This document shows, one piece after another, positions 9,485 through 20,189 of a DNA stretch of 64,000 nt. The stretch lies in sequence record NC_070998.1. One strand, given 5' to 3'. The position numbers and the translations under genes were made by a program. Below the pieces are notes generated by a model. That model had not been told where the DNA came from and ran no database searches. It saw nothing but the letters and a program-made list of their open reading frames with translations. Numbering within the stretch: the stretch's first letter is position 1; every line of letters starts with the position of its first letter.

Positions 9485-12073
9485 ATGAAAGATTTAAATA
9501 TAGTCAATATCGACTATACGGGATCCAATTCGGCTTATCGTAAAGAAGATCTCGTCGATACTTCTACTCTTTCCGGATTTTGGATAGTACCAGAGGAAGC
9601 GCCTTTTTATACTGATTCTCTTCGTATCTTAAATGGTGGAACATTTCTAACCAAAGGTGACGATTATGAACCAGTAGAACCAGTAACCGATTTAACTGAG
9701 CTAACTGGTAAAAGCGTTTCCCTATATATCGAATTAAAACCACATTTAGTAAACAACAAACACAACTTAGTTGTTATCTACCAGAAAGTAGGAAGTCCTG
9801 TCATTAGTCGGAAAGTCTTATTAAAACTTTTCGAAGATATGGGGGTTTCTGGCGGGATTGTAGATTTCAATAAGAATGTAGTAAATGTTCCTGACACTGT
9901 ACCTAGTGCTCATCACTTGATGGATATGTCAAGTTCTGAGGAGATGATTGGTTTCGGTGGTCTAGTTGAACTCTTTAAACATTTTACTGCTGATGAACGT
10001 AGTAAATACTCGGCTGTTGATGGTTTATTGGAACAAACACAACAAGACATTTTTACCCAATTAAATCTACAACATAAAGTACGCAAAGATCAACTCTTTG
10101 CTCATATTCAAAATTACCTTAATCCACACGGTTTAAAGCCAAGTGATGTCGAACTAGGTAATTTGAGTAACTTTAGTACTGCTCATCCTCAACAGGATTT
10201 GGATGGTGAACGTAGTGATCTTTACTCCACCCCTTATGGTTTACGTAGAGTAATTGAGGAAACTGAACCAGATACTGATCCTTGGGTACTTCAAAACGAA
10301 CTCCCGATGAGTTTCTACGGAACAGGTATTTACTTACCACCTCCTATTTTCTCTGGCGTGGTGGAATCTACCACCGAATATCAGAATGGTGTTTTTGTTA
10401 AAGAAGCTAACGGTTGGATCATTGGATTAGTAAAACGAGTTTACGGCGGCGCTCGTGGACTTTATTACATCTACAATGATAAACTTATTAATCGTTATAA
10501 CAAAGATAAGTTTAGACATTCCAATGAGAAATACACTCACTCTCACTTTACTACAGTTGGTTTAACTCCTGATGCAGTGTTATCTGGTTCTGGTGATGAA
10601 TTCCTTATTGCACTTGATAGTATTGCTAAACGCGGATTCATTACTTACAGCCAATCTAGTTTAGATCCTAGAAAACACAAGTATAAAGAGATTGATTTTA
10701 CTTTAATCAGGAACGCAACAGGAGCAGAAGACTTTATTGCTAATTCTCATTTTGCTAAAATTGGTGATTACATTTATTTGTTTGTAAATACTAATCAAGT
10801 AAGTGAAGAACAAGCTTTAGGTAACTATGTTCCAGCTGGAACTGGTGAAGATGATCGTAGTCGTAACTGGACAACTAAGGTCTTTAGATTCCCTGTTAGC
10901 GAAGTAAGCTCTGCTAGTAGTTCTATTGTTCCTACCCTAGTAACTTTGAACTATGACAACGTTGATCGTGTCAGACGCACTAACCAGAATCGTTTTAACT
11001 TGTGTAATCATGTTAAAGGTGACGGAACTAAGTTACTTTCCTCATTAGTTAACTATAGTGGACCAGTTACTAATTCAGTATTGGGTAAACGACGTTCTTA
11101 TTTCATCGTAGAGAACCCCAATAACAAAACCCAAGCAAGGGTAAGAATACTCGCCCCGCATTTTTGTAATACAGGACAAGGTGGGAAGTACTTTGTTATT
11201 GTTGTTGATTACCTATTTGATACTGTCACCAACACATTGACGTTAGATCCTAATTGGGTGAAACCAACTCTGGATGTCGTTAATAACACGTTTACTAATC
11301 TCAATGAGCAACAGTATCTAAAAGAGATAGCTCTGGGGTCTCTAGAAAGTTTCTGTTTGAACGGGGATGAAATGACTAATAGTTGGGTAGTCGGTTTTGG
11401 TCCGATTACCGTAACGTCATCCCAGGGCATTAGAGATCGCATGAAGAAAATCATCGACAATGCGATTAATGCTTGTTGGCCTAACTCTATTTTTGAACCT
11501 AAGTTGGATCTTGATGTAATTCCGCCTTTTTCTGTCGTGTACTTACAAAGTAATCATTGGGATAATCATCTTCGTGATTACGAGTCCATGGGATTGCCAG
11601 TAAATCAGTTAAACGATATTGATGACCTTAATAGTTTCAGTGAAGTTATGGTTGTAGATAAAACTGATGAGGGAATTCCTATTCCAAGTTACCCTTGGGT
11701 ACTTAGAGTAGGAGCAGATATGGAAGTGGTGTTTAATGGAATCTCTGTAAAAGCAAAACAGACCATGTTTAACTTAAGTGGAATAGCGACCGTTTATAAG
11801 AACACTGTTTTCTATTTATACTGCATGTTAAATGGTTCAACCGCTACTTATGAGATTACTAAACATCCAAGATTCACTAGTGGGACACAACTACTAGTAG
11901 CTAAAGTAACCACAAACGAAACCGGGATCAATGGGATTGAACGCTATAGCGCAGTTGCTATTTCCGGATTCCCGTTCACTAGAGTACGTGAAACAGGTAT
12001 TCCTGCTACCGAAGGGTTATTAAGCGTCCCAGGTGAGTATCAGTTCTTAAAGGCGTCAGAACTTATTAACTGA
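9485..12073 (+). CDS. putative tail fibre/baseplate protein (862 aa), family member 3
   Basis: HIQNYLNPHGLKPSDVELGNLSNF motif, beta-rich body, shared C-terminal domain. Confidence 0.65.
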   Translation: MKDLNIVNIDYTGSNSAYRKEDLVDTSTLSGFWIVPEEAPFYTDSLRILNGGTFLTKGDDYEPVEPVTDLTELTGKSVSLYIELKPHLVNNKHNLVVIYQKVGSPVISRKVLLKLFEDMGVSGGIVDFNKNVVNVPDTVPSAHHLMDMSSSEEMIGFGGLVELFKHFTADERSKYSAVDGLLEQTQQDIFTQLNLQHKVRKDQLFAHIQNYLNPHGLKPSDVELGNLSNFSTAHPQQDLDGERSDLYSTPYGLRRVIEETEPDTDPWVLQNELPMSFYGTGIYLPPPIFSGVVESTTEYQNGVFVKEANGWIIGLVKRVYGGARGLYYIYNDKLINRYNKDKFRHSNEKYTHSHFTTVGLTPDAVLSGSGDEFLIALDSIAKRGFITYSQSSLDPRKHKYKEIDFTLIRNATGAEDFIANSHFAKIGDYIYLFVNTNQVSEEQALGNYVPAGTGEDDRSRNWTTKVFRFPVSEVSSASSSIVPTLVTLNYDNVDRVRRTNQNRFNLCNHVKGDGTKLLSSLVNYSGPVTNSVLGKRRSYFIVENPNNKTQARVRILAPHFCNTGQGGKYFVIVVDYLFDTVTNTLTLDPNWVKPTLDVVNNTFTNLNEQQYLKEIALGSLESFCLNGDEMTNSWVVGFGPITVTSSQGIRDRMKKIIDNAINACWPNSIFEPKLDLDVIPPFSVVYLQSNHWDNHLRDYESMGLPVNQLNDIDDLNSFSEVMVVDKTDEGIPIPSYPWVLRVGADMEVVFNGISVKAKQTMFNLSGIATVYKNTVFYLYCMLNGSTATYEITKHPRFTSGTQLLVAKVTTNETGINGIERYSAVAISGFPFTRVRETGIPATEGLLSVPGEYQFLKASELIN

Positions 12074-12130
12074 TTGTAAATAACAAAAAAGGGAAGTTAA
12101 TACTTCCCTTCTTTAAAGGAGTTGGTCTTT

Positions 12131-15100
12131 ATGTATGTTAATAAGGACAAACCTCTGCCGATATTGGAAGATAAGAAAGATCCACTAGGTGGATTAATCA
12201 ACTCTTTCATTAAGGTAGAACGAGAACGTGATAAGTTACAAGGTGATCCAGCTGGGCAACTAAAACAGATCGCTGATTTTAAAACTAGGATGCAAAGCAA
12301 AGTCAATAGCTTTAGCAATGATCTAAATAGTTTAATATTAGGTCACAGCGAAGCTAAAGGAGTTTTGCATGGTGAAACTAAAGAGACTGTTGGTTTAGGT
12401 AATAAAGATAACTTTGCCATGGGTACAATCGATGATCATATTTCTGGTCTTCGAAAGGATCTATTTTGTAATCCGGAAGGTTTAAGTTATCTTGTTAAAG
12501 ACCGTGTAACTATTGATCCTAATAGTTATCTTCCAGCTAAAGCTATTCCAATTGCTTCTGGTGGGATCTTTGGTGAAGTTCCCCAGATTACCTACCATAT
12601 TAACAGAAATGATACAGAGCAGAGTTCTGCTAATCCTGTTAATTACATTGGCGAGTCTAACTGGGAGTTTTGTACACCAGCTGGAATGTTCATTTATCCA
12701 ATGATGAACAATTCTCCTATTGTGGGTGTGTTTTCAGATGCTAGTACCGAGACTGTTAAAACGATTCAAACACCTTGGGGTGGAACTAAAGTAAGATATT
12801 ACGAAAGAGGTATCGTACCAAGACGCACCAGACCAGTCACAATGACTTCTGATAAGTTAGCTGGACAAGGTGGCGGAGAAATGCTCAGAAGCGCTGAGGC
12901 GTTGTTTGAGCGTTCTACAGTACACTATCTGGAAGGTGGAGTACAGAAGGTACGAGCATTAAATAGAAATCATCTACCTTTTGATGTGTTTGATACCGAA
13001 GAAACAAATAACAAAGCCTTTGGTGGTGTTTTTGCTTCTAGAGAAAACATGTTGTATCACATTCTGGTAGACATGGATTTTGGCGAGCTACTACCTATTG
13101 ATCAACGACCGATGCTTGATTACATTGCTAACCAAGTTTGGCCTCGGTCTTCCCAGTATCCGTTTGATGAAAATAATCGCTCTAGATTTGACTTTATTGT
13201 TAATAGGGACTTGCCTCCTATCCCGGATGATCCTTATAGCGGTCCGATCAGACGTTTCTTTGATAAAGCACTAAATTTCACTTATCCGAAAGATCCAGTA
13301 AAACGGCATCGTAATAAGTTCATGGAATATATCGACCGTGGCTTGAATGCGATGTGGCCTGTTAGTAGAACTTCGATCTATAGTAGAGAAGAGTTAGAAC
13401 TGGTCGATATGGTAATTAACAAGTTCTGGCCTGGACCTCGTTCTGAGAGCCAAGTTGAAGGTGAGATTATCATCAAACTGGACTTTGTTGTCAGATCAAT
13501 GTTGGAACGTGATTATCCATTATCTACTAACGGTACCGAAGGTGATGAGTTAATCTACAAAACCAATAAGAAGTTTGGTCAACAGTTCTTAGTTCCAGCT
13601 CACGGTAAGATTACTTCTAAGCTAAGAGATACCGGTACATTAGGTTTGGATATCAAACTTAAAGATATCATTGAACACGATGTTCAAGGATACGGTAAAC
13701 TTATCAGACATATCGACAAGACACGTTGTCAACTGGTCTCTTTTGCTTGGCGCAATCGACTGGAAGGTAAGGCTACTGTTAGATTAAGCATAGGTTGGTA
13801 CACGGTTAACAAGAGTAACTATGTTCATGCTTATCTTGATTTGGATCTACATTTTGATGATAATGCAGGAACTTTTACTTCCACAGTGAATGTTGAAACA
13901 AGCGATAGTTGGAACCGTGTTAAACAGGAACTCAATGACAATCTGGAAGTAGTTACTGAAGGTTTGTTCAAGATGTACCCAGGAGATGTGAAAGAGCAAC
14001 CCACTCACCCAGCGGTGATCGGTGGGGTGTTTGAAACACAAGGTGGTCATATGAAGTCTTATAGCTTCTATAACCGTCAGTACATCGGCTACTACCGACA
14101 TGGTGTGAAATCTACCCTTGAGTTTATTAATCAAGAGAATAACCTTATCCCGACACCCACTGAATATAGTTACAGCATCCAGTCTGTAATCAATGGCGAC
14201 ATGTTCTATGGTGATCATTTACGTCACATCCCAGTTAAGGTGGATACTACTAATAAAACAGTTCTGTATCTTACCCAGACCAGGGATTGGAAGAACAACT
14301 ATCGTTGGGCTTTTGTAAACGTAGAATCGGAAACACCTGTAGTTCAACCCAACGGTTATGTTGGTCCCGTGCGGTTAAGTCGCAAATGGGTAGAAGATCG
14401 TAAAGCTTACGTTCCTAGTATGTTAATTGAGAACGATGAAACAAGCGCTACGATGAACATCTCTCCAGTGGTATTTAACAACTGGAATAACTTTACTGGT
14501 TATACCAACTACACTCTTGATGAGAACTCTGATCGCCACCCAATCACTGGTGTGAATGAAGTCCAATTGAGTGTGGAGATTACTAACTGGATTAAGAACC
14601 ACGTTGTAGACTGGAAGAGTAGTTATAAACAGTACTTCTTACTGCAAGGTAATTTGTATTGGATTGTGCAAACTCTTGATAGTAAAGAGATGTTATCCGA
14701 TGGAACAGATTGCTACTACGGCGTTATTAAGAACTGTAGTATTCAAACTACCCAGGAGAACATTAGAACTGTAATTGCTAATAACTCTATTGCTAGTTCT
14801 ATCACGGTGAGTAAAACCAACGTTAACACCAAAGCCAGTTTAGATATTGATACTGGTTCAGTGTTTGGTTTTGATCAATTGGCCGGGTTAGATGTCTACG
14901 CTTTGAAAGTATTGGATGATGCAAGGGAAACTAAGTATGAAGTCATGCTTAACGTTGCGCCATTTAACAACTTCTACGTAGAGATGAGAATTGAGATCAA
15001 TAAGCAAACTGGTGAAGTAACATTCAAACCTAAATACGATGCTGTTGATCCTATATTCCCTTACAGTACGGCAATTGGTTATCAGATTGACTATGATTCA

Positions 15101-15655
15101 TTGAACAAGTATGGAAGTAAGATTCCCCATCGTGTTCATGTTAACTATCAATCGCCAGTGATGTTGAAAAAAGGCTTATTTAGTTTTAGGAAGACGCCTA
15201 ATAACTACGGGTTCTTTACTAAGTCAGATGGTTTCGTTGTGATCAATGGGAGAGTCCAAGATAAGGTTCAAGGTATTCCTTTATACCCATTGGGTTCCGC
15301 TATTACAATCGGTGGTGAAACATTAACCCTGAAGTATCCGATCCACAATGCAAACTTTACTGATTTCCCTAGTGGTGATGAACTCTTTATAACTAGAGAT
15401 GCTAACAATCAATTTGTGGTATTTGGACGTTATAATAATAAAGGGTTCAATATCGAACCTGATCATAATTGCGTACCTGTTGGGTTTATCAATGACGGTA
15501 AGTTTACTTACCACGATCCTAACAGTTATCGCAATTCACTGTTCCCTGCTATTAGATGGAAACGTCTAAATATAGGTAATGCTGGTAACTCCTTCCCGGC
15601 TTTCTACGGTAAACCGGGCGAGAGTACACCGAAGAATCTTTTCTTTAAGAAATAA
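12131..15655 (+). CDS. putative tail fibre/baseplate protein (~1174 aa), family member 4
   Basis: LHGETKETVGLGNKDNF motif, long beta-rich ORF; ATG at 12131 preferred over TTG at 12122. Confidence 0.65.
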   Translation: MYVNKDKPLPILEDKKDPLGGLINSFIKVERERDKLQGDPAGQLKQIADFKTRMQSKVNSFSNDLNSLILGHSEAKGVLHGETKETVGLGNKDNFAMGTIDDHISGLRKDLFCNPEGLSYLVKDRVTIDPNSYLPAKAIPIASGGIFGEVPQITYHINRNDTEQSSANPVNYIGESNWEFCTPAGMFIYPMMNNSPIVGVFSDASTETVKTIQTPWGGTKVRYYERGIVPRRTRPVTMTSDKLAGQGGGEMLRSAEALFERSTVHYLEGGVQKVRALNRNHLPFDVFDTEETNNKAFGGVFASRENMLYHILVDMDFGELLPIDQRPMLDYIANQVWPRSSQYPFDENNRSRFDFIVNRDLPPIPDDPYSGPIRRFFDKALNFTYPKDPVKRHRNKFMEYIDRGLNAMWPVSRTSIYSREELELVDMVINKFWPGPRSESQVEGEIIIKLDFVVRSMLERDYPLSTNGTEGDELIYKTNKKFGQQFLVPAHGKITSKLRDTGTLGLDIKLKDIIEHDVQGYGKLIRHIDKTRCQLVSFAWRNRLEGKATVRLSIGWYTVNKSNYVHAYLDLDLHFDDNAGTFTSTVNVETSDSWNRVKQELNDNLEVVTEGLFKMYPGDVKEQPTHPAVIGGVFETQGGHMKSYSFYNRQYIGYYRHGVKSTLEFINQENNLIPTPTEYSYSIQSVINGDMFYGDHLRHIPVKVDTTNKTVLYLTQTRDWKNNYRWAFVNVESETPVVQPNGYVGPVRLSRKWVEDRKAYVPSMLIENDETSATMNISPVVFNNWNNFTGYTNYTLDENSDRHPITGVNEVQLSVEITNWIKNHVVDWKSSYKQYFLLQGNLYWIVQTLDSKEMLSDGTDCYYGVIKNCSIQTTQENIRTVIANNSIASSITVSKTNVNTKASLDIDTGSVFGFDQLAGLDVYALKVLDDARETKYEVMLNVAPFNNFYVEMRIEINKQTGEVTFKPKYDAVDPIFPYSTAIGYQIDYDSLNKYGSKIPHRVHVNYQSPVMLKKGLFSFRKTPNNYGFFTKSDGFVVINGRVQDKVQGIPLYPLGSAITIGGETLTLKYPIHNANFTDFPSGDELFITRDANNQFVVFGRYNNKGFNIEPDHNCVPVGFINDGKFTYHDPNSYRNSLFPAIRWKRLNIGNAGNSFPAFYGKPGESTPKNLFFKK

Positions 15656-15661
15656 CTAATA

Positions 15662-15693
15662 AACTCTCTACTCCCAATTGGGAGTAGAGAGTT
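15662..15693. terminator. perfect 32-bp palindrome, bidirectional terminator
   Basis: aactctctactcccaattgggagtagagagtt between convergent genes. Confidence 0.85.
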
Positions 15694-15703
15694 ACTTTTA
15701 TGT

Positions 15704-16666
15704 TTAATGTGCTATACTGGTATCGTTGCCGTCACCTTGTTCTCTGTGAACGTGTTTGAGTAGACTAATATCACCAGCAGAAACGTCACCACTAGATTTC
15801 ATATCGCCAGCGGAACTAATACCGGCTGTGTTGGTGAGTGTTCCTGATTGTTTCATATTCCCTTCATGGTCTATATCACCCACTAGTTTAATAGTTGGGG
15901 ATTTAATAGTCGCTGAATCTGTCGCTGACATATCAAACGTTTCACATGCAGCGGTAATACGTTTAGCCTTCAAACCAATATGCTCTTTACCATGAAATAG
16001 AATCTCGTCTTCACAAGAAGCAATAATCTTTTTCTTATCAATAGCAAAGGTAGATTTCTCCTGATTTGAAAACGACCAGAAATGCTTCATAGAGTTTAGA
16101 ATGAACATGTTCTGTTCACCATCCACTAAACTAAATCCACCTTGGCCAGTGTCAAGAGTAATAGCGTAGCTGGTCGGTTCGCCGTTGCCCATACCAGTCA
16201 GTAATTGAATTTTTTTAGTATGAGAAGAAATTAAGAAGATGTAATAGTTATCAGGAGTTAAAGGAGCATCTTCTTTTACATTAGGTGTAGCCGAGAAAGC
16301 ATAAATGACTGTCTCCAGACGAAGTGTACCGTCCATCCCGAAGTACATCCACCGAAATAAACTCTGACCTTTAAACTTGTATACAACTACTTTACTACCC
16401 TTTCTGACATCAGGAGCAGTTATCCTATTTGTATTAAACGGTAACCACTTCATCATTACTGCGTTAGAACTTAATCCAGAACTGGAGGTAGTATCACCTG
16501 TCGGGGATTGTATTGTTACATCTTTCTTTTCTGCGGTAGCGACTACCTCGCCATCAGCTTCTGGATATAGAGAAGGAAGATATACCAATACTTCATCAGT
16601 GTCTGTAGCTTTATCCTCAGCTACTGTAGCGACGCCATAACACTCTAATACATTCATAACGAACAT
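15704..16666 (-). CDS. baseplate central spike (GpV/gp138-like puncturing protein)
   Basis: OB-like N-terminus, beta-helix repeats, C-terminal HVH (HxH) metal-binding apex LLKHVHRE. Confidence 0.78.
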   Translation of the reverse strand: MFVMNVLECYGVATVAEDKATDTDEVLVYLPSLYPEADGEVVATAEKKDVTIQSPTGDTTSSSGLSSNAVMMKWLPFNTNRITAPDVRKGSKVVVYKFKGQSLFRWMYFGMDGTLRLETVIYAFSATPNVKEDAPLTPDNYYIFLISSHTKKIQLLTGMGNGEPTSYAITLDTGQGGFSLVDGEQNMFILNSMKHFWSFSNQEKSTFAIDKKKIIASCEDEILFHGKEHIGLKAKRITAACETFDMSATDSATIKSPTIKLVGDIDHEGNMKQSGTLTNTAGISSAGDMKSSGDVSAGDISLLKHVHREQGDGNDTSIAH

Positions 16667-16681
16667 CCTTAAGAGGAAACT

Positions 16682-19165
16682 ATGATAACTGGTTTGATTT
16701 TGAAAAACTATTCTCCTCTTTATAAAAAGGGAGTTAAGTATATTGAGCTTGATACCAAAGAAATCTTTAACATCATCTTAGGTAGAAATGGCTTTGGTAA
16801 AACCTCATTACTTCAAGAGCTTTCCCCTCTACCACCGGATAACGGAAATTACGAACAAGGTGGTTATAAGGAAGTTAGAATAGTTAATGAAAACGGAACT
16901 TATATCCTCAAATCATCAACTGGTAAATCTAGCCAACACGAATTTATTCACAATGGTAAGAACCTTAACGAAGGTAACACACTATTGGTGCAAAAAGAGT
17001 TAGTGAGGATTCACTTCAAGCTAACTAACAATATCAAGAACATCTTAAGTGGTTTGGATGTAAGAGATCTCTTTACTACGTTAAGTACTGCTAGACGTAA
17101 AGACTTTTTGATGTCTATCAATCCTAACGATACAAGTTATGCATTGAAAATATTTGAGAAGCTTAAGTCTAACTTAAGCACTATCAAAGGTGGACTAAAA
17201 ACACAGCGTCAACGTTTAGTATCTGAGGAATCAAGAGCTAAACAATTAGCTTCCCTTTCTCCAGAAGAGTTGCAAAAAGAAATTAGTTTGATGGATAATC
17301 AAATTAAAAATGCGTTGTTAATTCACGGAATGTTTTCTAATGTTGAATTTGAACAATATGGCGATTTGAAAAACCAGATTGGTAACATTATCTCTAGATT
17401 AATGAGTAATGATGTTAGAATCAAATTCCCTAAGAGTATTTATCAAGAACAGTTAGATTTTCGTTATAAGGAACTTGATCGTTCTGAAAAGATGAATCTA
17501 AAGTTAACTACTGTATTGGCCGAAGTCACTACTCAGCTACAAGGTTTAGATTCTTCCACCCAAAGTCTAGATGGGTATAAATCTAGACTGGAGATGATCG
17601 AGACTAGTTTGGAGTTATTCACCCAAGAAATCGATAATGTTCAAAGCTACTTTGTTACACATGAGTTTTTTAATGATAATCAGCTTTATAAGAACGATGT
17701 AGTTTATCGTTACTGTAATGAATTGATTGATCAATTACAACAAGTTAGTCGCGCTAGGGATTTGGATATCACTAGCCAAGCGTTTGCTAAAGCTCAACAA
17801 GATTTAGTACATGCCACTAATGAGAAGAGTAACATTGATAGGGAGATAAGTTCTATTAATCACTCTATCGATCACTTTAACAAAGCTGAATCTGTAGAAT
17901 GTCCAGACTGTAATAGCAAATTCAAATTAGGATTTGAGAAGTTTAACATTAAAGAACTTGAGGTTAAACGCAATGACTTAGTAAGAGCAAAGGAGAACCT
18001 CACAGAACGCATCCAGAAGCTCTCAGATTACATTGAAGCTAATGAAGACTGGTATTCGTCTATGCAAGGGTTCCATCGCTTCCTACGTCGATTGGAGAGC
18101 TCTGAGGTAATCTATCAGATTGTCGATCATTATCAAGTAGGTAAAAAAGATCTGACTAGTTTGATTGAATTGCTAAGGAGAACCATTCGTTATAATGAAC
18201 TAGTTAAACAAATTGACTTGTTAAAAAAGGAACAGGTTCAAGTAAAAGCTCAAATTAACTTCTTGGAAAGTTCCGATATCAACGCACTATTTCAAAGAGC
18301 TGAAGATGTAGAGCGGGAGTTGGCAATTACTCAACGTTCTATTGGTAGATTGAAAATCGAGATTAAAGAACATCTGGAGTTAATTGATATTATCAATGGC
18401 GATGAACAACTAAGAGATCAGTTACACATTCTGGTAGAAGAGTTAAAAGAGAAAGTTGAGAATAATGGGAAGTATAAAGTAAAGCAGAAAGTAGAACAAC
18501 TTATCTCTGATTTAACTCCTCGTAAAGATCAGCTCATCAGTAACTTAATTCGGGCAGAATCTTTGAACTCTGTTATTCAGTCTATAGCCGATAATATCAA
18601 AGAGCTAGAGAAACGCGAGAAACACACTTTACTGTTGATGGACGGACTATCACCTGTTAAAGGACTGATTGGGTATTTGATGAATGATTTCTTGGTTGCT
18701 GTAATTGCTAATATGAACGCGGTAATTCAGCCTATTTGGAGTAATCGTTTACAGATACTGAATTGTTCAACTAGTAAGTCTGATGACGATGTTGATCTTA
18801 GCTACATTTTCCCGGCGGTAACTGGTGATAACAACACACCAATTAAAGACGTTGGTGATTGTTCAGGCGGCGAGCGGGAGATGGTTAACCTTGCGTTCCG
18901 TTGGGTCATACTCCAATATCTCGGTAAGAACTGTGGGATGCCGTTGATAATGGATGAAGTGGGAGTGGCTCTAGATGAACTGCATAGAGGGAGGTTCTGC
19001 TCTTGGGTTGCTGAACAGTACAGATTGGATAAAATCAATCAATCTTTCTTAGTAAGTCATTATGTTAATCAATTTGGTATGTTCACAAATGCTAACGTAA
19101 TCGCGCTAAACATAGAAGGTTTAAACATTCCGGTCAAGGTAAATAGTAAAACAATAATTAAATAA
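16682..19165 (+). CDS. sbcC: SbcC/Rad50-like SMC ATPase
   Basis: Walker A GRNGFGKT, coiled coils, CPDC Zn hook, SGGE signature, Walker B IMDE. Confidence 0.92.
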   Translation: MITGLILKNYSPLYKKGVKYIELDTKEIFNIILGRNGFGKTSLLQELSPLPPDNGNYEQGGYKEVRIVNENGTYILKSSTGKSSQHEFIHNGKNLNEGNTLLVQKELVRIHFKLTNNIKNILSGLDVRDLFTTLSTARRKDFLMSINPNDTSYALKIFEKLKSNLSTIKGGLKTQRQRLVSEESRAKQLASLSPEELQKEISLMDNQIKNALLIHGMFSNVEFEQYGDLKNQIGNIISRLMSNDVRIKFPKSIYQEQLDFRYKELDRSEKMNLKLTTVLAEVTTQLQGLDSSTQSLDGYKSRLEMIETSLELFTQEIDNVQSYFVTHEFFNDNQLYKNDVVYRYCNELIDQLQQVSRARDLDITSQAFAKAQQDLVHATNEKSNIDREISSINHSIDHFNKAESVECPDCNSKFKLGFEKFNIKELEVKRNDLVRAKENLTERIQKLSDYIEANEDWYSSMQGFHRFLRRLESSEVIYQIVDHYQVGKKDLTSLIELLRRTIRYNELVKQIDLLKKEQVQVKAQINFLESSDINALFQRAEDVERELAITQRSIGRLKIEIKEHLELIDIINGDEQLRDQLHILVEELKEKVENNGKYKVKQKVEQLISDLTPRKDQLISNLIRAESLNSVIQSIADNIKELEKREKHTLLLMDGLSPVKGLIGYLMNDFLVAVIANMNAVIQPIWSNRLQILNCSTSKSDDDVDLSYIFPAVTGDNNTPIKDVGDCSGGEREMVNLAFRWVILQYLGKNCGMPLIMDEVGVALDELHRGRFCSWVAEQYRLDKINQSFLVSHYVNQFGMFTNANVIALNIEGLNIPVKVNSKTIIK

Positions 19166-19196
19166 ATACAGTTAGTTTAATATGTTATGTAACTGT

Positions 19197-19229
19197 CTCC
19201 GGTAAATACCTCACTGGTATTTACCGGGA
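19197..19229. terminator. hairpin terminator
   Basis: ctccggtaaatacc-tcact-ggtatttaccggga, imperfect outer stem. Confidence 0.65.
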
Positions 19230-19251
19230 TTTAATTGTCATTTTAACCAGT

Positions 19252-19277
19252 CTATAATTTTTCAAACAGATATTATT
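19252..19277 (+). promoter_or_regulatory. early promoter motif
   Basis: tctataatttttcaaaca-GATATTAT (core 19269-19276). Confidence 0.6.
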
Positions 19278-19344
19278 ATCATGTTACACACTAGGAGTGT
19301 TACTCTAAGTCACTGAAACAAACTGTATAACCAAACTTAAGGAA

Positions 19345-20121
19345 ATGATCGAAATGAAGACTTTAACCCTAATGCTTGTTCTCTTGTTGACGAGCATGAC
19401 AGTGAACGCCTCACAGTCGACCACCACCCGTAAGTATAGCGAACACAGTAAAACCGTTATGCTAGAGCGTTTTGACCAGATCAAAGGTGATCTGTACCAC
19501 GCCTCTGTTACTGCCGGAATTTCCATGGCGGAACTTACAGCTCTTGGAAGTCTAGAATCTAAACTAAGAGTGAAAGCTAAGAACCCACACAGCACCGCGG
19601 CAGGTGTTCTCCAGTACACTAGTGGTACCTGGAAGAGTAAGAAGAAGCTCTACGGTAAAGAGCTAGGAATTAAACCTAATGCACATCAGTATGATGTAAA
19701 AGCCAATCTACTGATCGGTGCCAGAGATATGCAAGAAACCAAGAAAACCATTATCGAGAAAACTCACTTGACCAATGAGACCATACGACTTGGTGATCTA
19801 TATATTCTTCACTTCGTCGGGGAGAATGGTGGACTTAAACTAATTAACTCCTACTCGCATAAACCGATTAATCAGATCATCAAACTCCATAAGGGTAACA
19901 GCCGTTACTATTACAAACCCAACGGTCAGATCCGCACAGCAAGGGAGTTCCGTCTGTTCATGGATACTATTGCTCAAGCCGAGCTCAAGGTTTATGAACA
20001 ACGTATTGTAAAGTACCAGATGAAACAGTTCTTTCGAGATATCAAACAGATTGTGACTGATTTCAATCCGATACTTGAAATCGCTAAACTGAGTAGATAT
20101 CAGGAACGACCGCTAGGTTAA
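19345..20121 (+). CDS. SLT-family lytic transglycosylase with N-terminal signal peptide
   Basis: LESK catalytic Glu, STAAGVLQY motif, LYILHFVG motif as in phiKZ gp144-type lysins; MKTLTLMLVLLLTSMTVNA signal. Confidence 0.82.
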   Translation: MIEMKTLTLMLVLLLTSMTVNASQSTTTRKYSEHSKTVMLERFDQIKGDLYHASVTAGISMAELTALGSLESKLRVKAKNPHSTAAGVLQYTSGTWKSKKKLYGKELGIKPNAHQYDVKANLLIGARDMQETKKTIIEKTHLTNETIRLGDLYILHFVGENGGLKLINSYSHKPINQIIKLHKGNSRYYYKPNGQIRTAREFRLFMDTIAQAELKVYEQRIVKYQMKQFFRDIKQIVTDFNPILEIAKLSRYQERPLG

Positions 20122-20189
20122 AACAATACGACGACCTTGATGTTCTGAACAAGATATAATAATTTTCATTTTTATAAGGTATTATTGCT

